From assembly GCA_963699755.1 (NCBI GenBank), contig CAVOVB010000001.1:1-64000 (forward strand): 64,000 nucleotides of DNA. The letters run 5' to 3'. The translations under genes were made by a program, and so were the position numbers. Below, piece by piece: positions 29,396-34,843 of this stretch (position 1 is the stretch's first letter; the number at the start of each line of letters is the position of its first letter). Under the pieces are notes generated by a model. The model was not told the origin of the DNA. It saw nothing but the letters and a program-made list of their open reading frames with translations, and searched no databases. The stretch is from an uncultured delta proteobacterium (GTDB lineage: Bacteria; Myxococcota_A; Polyangia; Polyangiales; Houyiibacteriaceae).

Positions 29396-29779
29396 CTATG
29401 GGTTGAGCCAGCCGCCCTTCTGGTTGTCTTCCCAGTCGATGACGATGGCGTTGAGGGCCGCGACCGTGGTTGGCGCCAACAAGACGTAGGCGAAAGCGGT
29501 GAAATAGGGGAGACCGGCTTGCCAGCTCAGCAGCCAGCCGATGAACGCGAACGCGGCAATGAAAAGCCCAAACATCTTCCAGTTGGTCCCCTCGATCTGG
29601 CTAGCTGCAGGGTCGTAGTGTGGATTCCGCGTGTCGAACCAGTGGCCGATCAGGGGGGCGGCAATCCAGTTGAAGCTCAGCACGCCAAGGGGCAACCAGA
29701 ATGGGAGCTCCGTCGTCATCGCGAAAAGGACGGTGAAGAAGACGACGAGCACAGCAAACGGGACTAGGTGGCGAAGCAC
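29396..29779 (-). CDS. small multi-pass membrane protein (about 4 TM)
   Basis: Hydrophobic helices; GTG start ~29779 chosen because the upstream in-frame sequence is repeat-derived. Confidence 0.6.
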   Translation of the reverse strand: MLRHLVPFAVLVVFFTVLFAMTTELPFWLPLGVLSFNWIAAPLIGHWFDTRNPHYDPAASQIEGTNWKMFGLFIAAFAFIGWLLSWQAGLPYFTAFAYVLLAPTTVAALNAIVIDWEDNQKGGWLNP

Positions 29780-29789
29780 GGGCTCATTG

Positions 29790-29893
29790 TACTTCAGGTG
29801 TTGGCGGGGGAACTGCAAACGCACCGCGCGGCCTGTCGTTTTTGTGGTGTTTTTGAGCAACTCCGGGCGGCGGTGGTCGATGAAGGGGTATGC
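29790..29893 (-). repeat. motif-A repeat segment (PFIDHRRPELL-coding) plus a probable helicase-derived stretch
   Basis: CCCTTCATCGACCACCGCCGCCCGGAGTTGC recurs in diverged form at ~31350-31377, ~32136-32168 and ~34010-34046. Confidence 0.75.
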
Positions 29894-29923
29894 GATTTGT
29901 TTGCCCTGCTGTTTCGTCGACCC

Positions 29924-30186
29924 CTACAACAACATCTCCACATCCCCCTCCCCCCTCGCCTCCCACTCCACCTCGCGCTCCCGTCGCTTCGCGTCGCACT
30001 CCTCGCGAATGATCACGTGCAACCGCGTACGCGCGCGCGACATGCCCACGTACGCCACCCCCCGATACCCATCGTCGTCGATATCGGTAAGTCCGGCGAG
30101 GATGATGACGTCGTTCTCTAGGCCCTTGAAGCCGGAGACGATGGACCAGGTGAAGGTTTGGAAGAGCAGGACGGAGATTCGGCCGG
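29924..30186 (-). pseudogene. helicase 3' fragment copy R3, internally deleted
   Basis: GRISVLL joined directly to FQTFTWSIVSGFKGLENDVIILAGLTDIDDDGYRGVAYVGMSRARTRLHVII...DVEMLL*; lacks the ~30 codons present between these blocks in R2. Confidence 0.85.
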
Positions 30187-30189
30187 CAC

Positions 30190-30507
30190 CGTCACGAGAT
30201 CCACTCGTTCGCGCGGTCGCTGCGGAGGGCGCGGGAGAACATCCGCGATGCGTTGTCGCTTTGGTACGACGATGCGGCGACCGCCACGATTGTCGACCGG
30301 GTCGAGCTCGAGCCGGCGCTGACAGAAGAACTGGCGGAAACAGAAGAGCTGGCGAGGCTGCACTCGGACGTATCGCGGAAGCTGACGGCGAAGCGGCGGC
30401 GGGCGGTGAAGGCGCTTCAGCGGAGTGGCATGGGGACGAGGGACATCGCGGACTTGCTCGAGCTTTCGCAGCAGCGAGTGAGTCAGATCGCGCGGGGGAC
30501 GCGCTAG
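30190..30507 (+). pseudogene. N-terminally truncated HicB-like antitoxin with C-terminal HTH
   Basis: In frame HEIHSFARSLRRARENIRDALSLW...GMGTRDIADLLELSQQRVSQI; no proper start, abuts R3; no HicA partner seen. Confidence 0.55.
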
Positions 30508-30544
30508 ACTTGGCCCGAACGATGCGCAGCGGGTGAGTTGACGC

Positions 30545-30850
30545 TCAGGCCGCACGCGGGCCGCCCTCGGGGGATTCGATGCTCAAGCGCAGGCCCAAGG
30601 CTTCGATGATGAGGCCGAGGCTCGAGAGGCGGGGGTTTCCGTTTTCGGAGAGGGTTCGGTAGAGGGTTTCGCGGTTGAGGCCGGTGGCTTCGGCGAGGTG
30701 CGCCATGCCGCCTTGGGCGTCGACGACGTCGCGAAGGCCGATGAGGAAGACCTCGTCGCCTTCTTCGAGGCAGGCGGTGAGGTAGCCGGCAGCGCGAGCT
30801 GGGTCTTTGAGCCGTTTGAGCAGCTGATCACGATAGGGGATGGTTGGCAT
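30545..30850 (-). CDS. addiction module antidote (HI1420-like HTH antitoxin)
   Basis: AAGYLTACLEEG...LRDVVDAQGGMAHLAEATGLNRETLYRTLSENGNPRLSSL; ATG 30850 overlaps the toxin end. Confidence 0.85.
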   Translation of the reverse strand: MPTIPYRDQLLKRLKDPARAAGYLTACLEEGDEVFLIGLRDVVDAQGGMAHLAEATGLNRETLYRTLSENGNPRLSSLGLIIEALGLRLSIESPEGGPRAA

Positions 30851-31097
30851 TTCTATGATCCCTCCAGTAGCGCTGGGCACGAGCGATGTCGCGCGGCTGG
30901 GTCGCTTTGTCGCCGGCACAGAGCAGAAGGACTATCGCCCTTCCCTGCCTGCCGAAGTGCCCCGAGCGAAGGCGCGCGATACGGGCGTCGATTTTCTCGA
31001 TTGCGCGGAAGTCTCTCAGACGAGCGAGCCAATCGTTGAACGGTGAGCGGCCGTCGGGCGCCTGGTAGACGCGGACTTCGATTTCGCGCGGTATCAT
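30828..31097 (-). pseudogene. RelE/HI1419-like toxin with apparent in-frame internal deletion
   Basis: DGRSPFNDWL..LRD....I.ARI.RL..GHFG jumps to RQG..IVLLLCAGDK.TQ..DI; the ELRI..GPGYR.Y core typical of the family is absent. Confidence 0.7.
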
Positions 31098-31108
31098 GCG
31101 GATTGGGC

Positions 31109-31128
31109 ATGTAGCCTATAGGCTACAT
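31109..31128. promoter_or_regulatory. perfect 20-bp palindrome, putative TA autorepression operator
   Basis: ATGTAGCCTATAGGCTACAT just upstream of the toxin start at 31097. Confidence 0.7.
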
Positions 31129-31198
31129 TTGGAAGCCGGCCGAGTCAAGGGCTCGCAGCCGGAGTCCGAGGGGATATCGGCCGCTGTCGGCTGGAGTT

Positions 31199-31377
31199 GC
31201 GTGCGCGCGCGCGACATGCCCACGTACGCCACCCCCCGATACCCGTCGTCGTCGATGTCGGTGAGTCCGGCGAGGATAACGACGTCGTTTTCTAGGCCCT
31301 TGAAGCCGGAGACGATGGACCAGGGGATGTCGCCGCGCGGCGTCTTGGGGCAACTTCGGGCGGCGGTGGTCGATGAC
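31199..31377 (-). pseudogene. helicase 3' fragment copy R4 fused to motif A
   Basis: IDHRRPKL / KTPRGD / IPWSIVSGFKGLENDVVILAGLTDIDDDGYRGVAYVGMSRART; multiple deletions relative to R2. Confidence 0.85.
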
Positions 31378-31382
31378 CACAC

Positions 31383-31619
31383 GTGCCAACCGTGCTGCGG
31401 CGTGCGGGCTTCCGCGTGTTCTTCTTTAGCGACGAAGGATGGGAACCGCCCCATGTGCACGTAGAACGAGGTGGGGGTGTCGTGAAGTATTGGTTGAAGC
31501 CGGTGGCAATGGCATACTACCGAAACCTGACGTTCATGGAGCTGCGGCGCTCCATGCGGCTCGTGGAAGAGCATCGGGACTACCTGCTGGAGCAGTGGCA
31601 TGATTACTTTGGCACCTGA
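31383..31619 (+). CDS. DUF4160 family protein (putative TA component)
   Basis: MPTVLR..GFRVFFFSDEGWEPPHVHVE.G....KYWL.P...LLEQWHDYFG. Confidence 0.85.
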   Translation: MPTVLRRAGFRVFFFSDEGWEPPHVHVERGGGVVKYWLKPVAMAYYRNLTFMELRRSMRLVEEHRDYLLEQWHDYFGT

Positions 31620-31863
31620 AAATCCATTGGCGAAATGGGTCGAATTTGCGAACGGCGTGATGCGCGTGGCGCTCGAGGACGGCCGGAGGGTCGAAGTGCC
31701 CATCGAATGGTTTCCGCGACTTAGGGACGCGACACCAGAGCAGCGGAGGGACCTGCGACTCATCGGCGGCGGGATTGGGATTCATTGGCCGCAGCTCGAT
31801 GAGGACTTGTCGGTGCGCGGGCTGCTGTTTCCGCATCCGGAAGATGCGGAGCGGGTGGGTTGA
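31600..31863 (+). CDS. DUF2442 family protein (partner of DUF4160)
   Basis: V.LEDGR.V.VP.EWFPRL..AT.EQR....IGGGIGIHWPQLDEDLSVRGLL; overlaps DUF4160. Confidence 0.85.
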   Translation: MITLAPENPLAKWVEFANGVMRVALEDGRRVEVPIEWFPRLRDATPEQRRDLRLIGGGIGIHWPQLDEDLSVRGLLFPHPEDAERVG

Positions 31864-31883
31864 CTGAGTAGGTGCCGCACGGA

Positions 31884-32170
31884 CCGCGTGCGCGCGCGTG
31901 ACATGCCTACGTAGGCTACGTCTCGGTGCCAGTCGGTTTCGATGTTGGTGAGGGCGGCGAGGATGACGACGTCGTTTTCTAGGCCCTTGAAGGCGGAGCG
32001 GCCTTGGTAGGGGTGGAAGTCCACGGGGCGGCCGTCGACGCGGGCTTTGACGCGGTGGGTGGCGCCCGAGACGACGGCGGTTTGTAGCTTGTGGGCTACT
32101 GGCCGCGCGGCCTGCCGTTTGTGTCGTGTCTTTGTGCAACTTCGAGCGACGGTGGCGGATGAAGGGGTGT
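31884..32170 (-). pseudogene. helicase 3' fragment copy R5 (diverged allele) with motif A
   Basis: QTAVVSG..RVKARVDGRPVDFHPYQ / SAFKGLENDVVILAALTNIETDWHRDVAYVGMSRARTR; motif A at the right end. Confidence 0.8.
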
Positions 32171-32211
32171 GCCGAATACGATCCGGAGCTTGCGGTAAGC
32201 CCGTACGCTGC

Positions 32212-32241
32212 TTGACGTCGTTCACCAAGCAGGTGTACACT
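32212..32241 (+). promoter_or_regulatory. putative sigma70 promoter for a near-leaderless TA transcript
   Basis: TTGACG-N18-TACACT ending 4 nt before ATG 32246; imperfect inverted repeat GTTCACC-N5-GGTGTAC in the spacer. Confidence 0.5.
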
Positions 32242-32245
32242 TCAG

Positions 32246-32392
32246 ATGATCCGCCGCGTGGAGCTCACTAGGCGGGCCGAGAAGCCGGTGCGGAGGCTTG
32301 CAAGGCGTGTAGTCAGGAAGCTCAAGACTTGGACGTACCTCGTCGAAGAGATCGGTTTGGAAGAAGTTCGCGTGAGCAAGCATGGCTACTAA
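32246..32392 (+). pseudogene. RelE/HigB-type toxin remnant (48 aa, apparent internal deletion)
   Basis: Hand translation MIRRVELTRRAEKPVRRLARRVVRKLKTWTYLVEEIGLEEVR-VSKHGY*; lacks the HDEPL.G...RSIRL...YR core expected for such toxins; not in the ORF track. Confidence 0.6.
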
Positions 32393-32730
32393 GCGACGAA
32401 AGAGGCTTCGGCGCCCTGCTGCATCGGAAGGGTCAGATTGATGCGCTGGAGCTCCTCGAGAGCATCGACGGCCCGATGACCCTTGGCGATATGATTTGGA
32501 GCCTCCGGGACTGCGACGAGGTCAGCCAGGCTGAGTTTGCGCGACAGCTGGGCGTCAGCCGCTCGCATCTTTGCGATGTCGAGAAGGGGCGGAAGGTGGT
32601 GAGCCCCGAGCGGGCCGCCGCGTGGGCGAAGGTTCTTGGCTTCCCGCCAACGGTGTTCGTGAAGTTGGCGCTTCAGGAGCAGCTGGACCGGGCGGGGGTG
32701 AAGATGAACGTGGAGGTGGAGGCAGCGTAG
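32382..32730 (+). CDS. HigA-like XRE HTH antitoxin (start uncertain, possible 5' frameshift)
   Basis: GPMTLG..I.SLR.CDEVSQAEFARQLGVSRSHLCDVEKGRK.VSPERAA.WAK.LG; the ATG overlapping the toxin stop (32382) is out of frame with the body. Confidence 0.7.
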
Positions 32731-32812
32731 GGGACATATGCTGTGGGTGGCGCCGCAATTCTGGCGTTTCTAGACTTGTGATAAGACAGAATTGCCGTTC
32801 TTGGAGCTAGAA

Positions 32813-33571
32813 CTAGACAGGCTTGGCGTGGCCTTTGTCGATGAGCTCCTGATTCAGGTACCGCCCTTTCAAGAACGTGCTCTCGATGCCTTGGTTGTTG
32901 AAGGCGTAGAAGACGTGGCCGACGTAGCGGCGGCCGGCGGCGCCTTGCGCGGTGTCGCGTGGGGGGGCGTCGATGCGGGCGAGACGGATGGATTGGCGGC
33001 GGATGACTTCGAAGCCTAGGTCGATGTCGAGGAGGAGGGTGTCGGCGTCGATGACGTCGCGGACTTCGGCTTTGTAGAGGTAGCTCGGGTCGGTGGGGCG
33101 CTTGAGGACGATGGGCTTGCCCTTTTGTTGCCGTTGGGCGGAGTCGTAGCGGGCACCTTGGATGGCGGTGCGGAGGCGGGTGGCCGAGAGGGAGTCTTCG
33201 GCGGCGAGCTGTTCGTAGAAGGTGCGTTCGTTGGCGTCCTGGAGCTGCATGAGGATGCGGAAGTGGGCCCAGCTCAGGCCTTCGACGCGTGGGGGGCGTT
33301 TGTAGGTTTGGTAGAAGGTGACGGTGCGTTGGAGGGTGCGGAGGTCGATGGCTAGGTCGGCGGAGAGGTCGGCGAGGATGGCGTTGTGGAAGTTGGCGCG
33401 GGTGGTGAGCTTTTCCTTCGCGATGCGTTTGCCGATGGACCAGTAGCTTTCGAGGAGGGCTTGGGCGGCGGCGCGTTCGGCTTCTTGTTTGCCTTCCCCG
33501 ATGATTTGGCGGAGGTCGGCGAGGAGCTTGGTGTATTGGCGGGTGGTGAGGAGGTCGGTGGTGGGTGGCAT
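32813..33571 (-). CDS. DUF1016(YhcG)-N-like domain fused to a thermonuclease (SNase)-like domain, possibly internally deleted
   Basis: Y..LL..L..II...K......ESYW.IG.RI, LSWAHFR.L...D..ER.FY; then Y.A.V..VID.DTL...IDLGF......IRL..IDAP, RYVG, LNQEL...GHA. Confidence 0.7.
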   Translation of the reverse strand: MPPTTDLLTTRQYTKLLADLRQIIGEGKQEAERAAAQALLESYWSIGKRIAKEKLTTRANFHNAILADLSADLAIDLRTLQRTVTFYQTYKRPPRVEGLSWAHFRILMQLQDANERTFYEQLAAEDSLSATRLRTAIQGARYDSAQRQQKGKPIVLKRPTDPSYLYKAEVRDVIDADTLLLDIDLGFEVIRRQSIRLARIDAPPRDTAQGAAGRRYVGHVFYAFNNQGIESTFLKGRYLNQELIDKGHAKPV

Positions 33572-33625
33572 TTCGGCCCTGCGGGCCGATATTAGCATAG
33601 TGCCGGGCGTGCGCGCGCCCAGGGC

Positions 33626-33773
33626 CATGCGTTCGAGGTGCGTGTCTTCTTCGGGGCGTGGGGTCTTCACCAAGAGGACCGAGATGCGGCCCGGGGGGAC
33701 GGTGTCGCGGCGTAGGGTGGGTGTTTCGGCAGTTGAAGGTGAGGCGCAACACGCGCCGGAGGCATCCGATGAC
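33626..33773 (-). pseudogene. helicase internal fragment copy R6
   Basis: RLTFNCRNTHP (UvrD-like motif) then, after a frame change, LRRDTVPPGRISVLLVKTPRPEEDTHLERM, matching R2. Confidence 0.7.
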
Positions 33774-33778
33774 AGCGC

Positions 33779-33926
33779 GTGCCAACGGTGCTGCGGCGAG
33801 GCGGGTTCCGGGTGTTCTTCTTCAGCGACGAAGGATGGGAACCGCTCCATGTGCACGTAGAACGAGGTGGGGGCGTGATGCGGGTTGCTGTTTCCACATC
33901 CGGAAGATGCGCAGCGGGTGAGTTAG
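33779..33926 (+). pseudogene. doubly deleted duplicate of the DUF4160-DUF2442 pair
   Basis: First ~100 nt match 31383-31480, then GGCGTGATGCG matches ~31654-31664, then the tail matches ~31819-31863. Confidence 0.85.
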
Positions 33927-33936
33927 CCTCGAAAGA

Positions 33937-34046
33937 TGCGCGCGCGCGACATGCCCAGGTAGGTCACGCTTCGGTGCCCGTCGGTTTCGATCTCGGTGAG
34001 TGCTCTCGAGGAGCTTCGGGCGGGGGTGACCGATGAAGGGATATGC
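33937..34046 (-). pseudogene. helicase 3' fragment copy R7 with motif A
   Basis: AYPFIGHPRPKLL then LTEIETDGHRSVTYLGMSRAR; closest to R5. Confidence 0.75.
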
Positions 34047-34093
34047 GGGTGGCGTGGCTTCAACGGCTGTTCTGCGAGGCGCGATCGGCAGGA

Positions 34094-34129
34094 TTGACAA
34101 TCGATTGGATTAGGACAAATTGTCCTAAT
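34094..34129 (+). promoter_or_regulatory. TTGACA box plus perfect inverted repeat (putative operator)
   Basis: TTGACA at 34094; ATTAGGACAA-A-TTGTCCTAAT at 34109-34129, 9 nt before ATG 34139. Confidence 0.65.
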
Positions 34130-34138
34130 GATGCCTAG

Positions 34139-34405
34139 ATGGATTCGGCGGAGGCGCTTCGGGTCGTCCGGGGATTGGCGAGGGCCAACCGGATTTGGCT
34201 TACCGCTCATGCTGCTCGAGAGGCGGTCGAGTGCGGGGCGACGCGCGATGGCATCCGGTGTGCCCTCAGCAACGCGGAGCGCGTTCGAGCGAGTGGTAGG
34301 GGTCGTGCGTCGGACTGGACGGCCGTCGGTCCCGACGAGAACGGCGACGATTTGGAAGTCGCGCTCATCTTGGAGGACGGCATTCTAGTCATCACGGTCT
34401 ACTGA
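34139..34405 (+). CDS. DUF4258-like putative toxin
   Basis: RIWLTAHA.......G.T...I..AL...W...GPD..GD.L.V......ILVITVY; precedes an HTH gene. Confidence 0.6.
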   Translation: MDSAEALRVVRGLARANRIWLTAHAAREAVECGATRDGIRCALSNAERVRASGRGRASDWTAVGPDENGDDLEVALILEDGILVITVY

Positions 34406-34420
34406 TGGAGCAGCACGGCG

Positions 34421-34843
34421 ATGAAAACGACAGAGCACAAGATCAAGCTGGATGGGCGGACCTTTCGTGGTCGGGTGCCCTGCTCAGTGAGCAGAAAGCG
34501 GCCCGAGCTTGGGCCGCTGATCCATATCGACGACCTGGGGGTGTTCGAGGGGAAGGTTGCGCAACGGATCTTTGCCGAGAAGCTTCGGGGGCCACAGTCG
34601 TTTCGCCTGTGTCGGAGCGTCTGTGCAATGAGCATGCAGGCGGTGGCTGACTTGCTTCAGGTCGACCGACGCACGGTGCAGCGCTGGGAGAGTGCGGAGA
34701 GCCCGGTGCCGCCTTGGGCGATGTTGCTCATGGCGAAGATGGCGGATGAGCGCTCGAAGGGGCGGGCTGTGATGCGAACTTGGCTGACCGAGCTGGCGGA
34801 TGAAGAGGGGCGGCCGACGGAGATTGATTTGGACGTGGCTTAG
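34421..34843 (+). CDS. HTH antitoxin (MqsA-like C-terminal XRE HTH)
   Basis: FRLCR...AMSMQAVADLLQVDRRTVQRWES..SPVP. Confidence 0.65.
   Translation: MKTTEHKIKLDGRTFRGRVPCSVSRKRPELGPLIHIDDLGVFEGKVAQRIFAEKLRGPQSFRLCRSVCAMSMQAVADLLQVDRRTVQRWESAESPVPPWAMLLMAKMADERSKGRAVMRTWLTELADEEGRPTEIDLDVA

Noticed and set aside
33572..33856. N-terminal extension of the DUF1016 ORF
   Set aside because: Made of helicase fragment R6 and the antisense DUF4160 remnant
23285..34046. Repeat array as CRISPR, DGR or classical integron
   Set aside because: Repeats are 100-370 nt protein-coding fragments with gene-sized spacers. No cas or intI gene and no attC R-box structure were recognised, and differences between copies are not adenine-restricted
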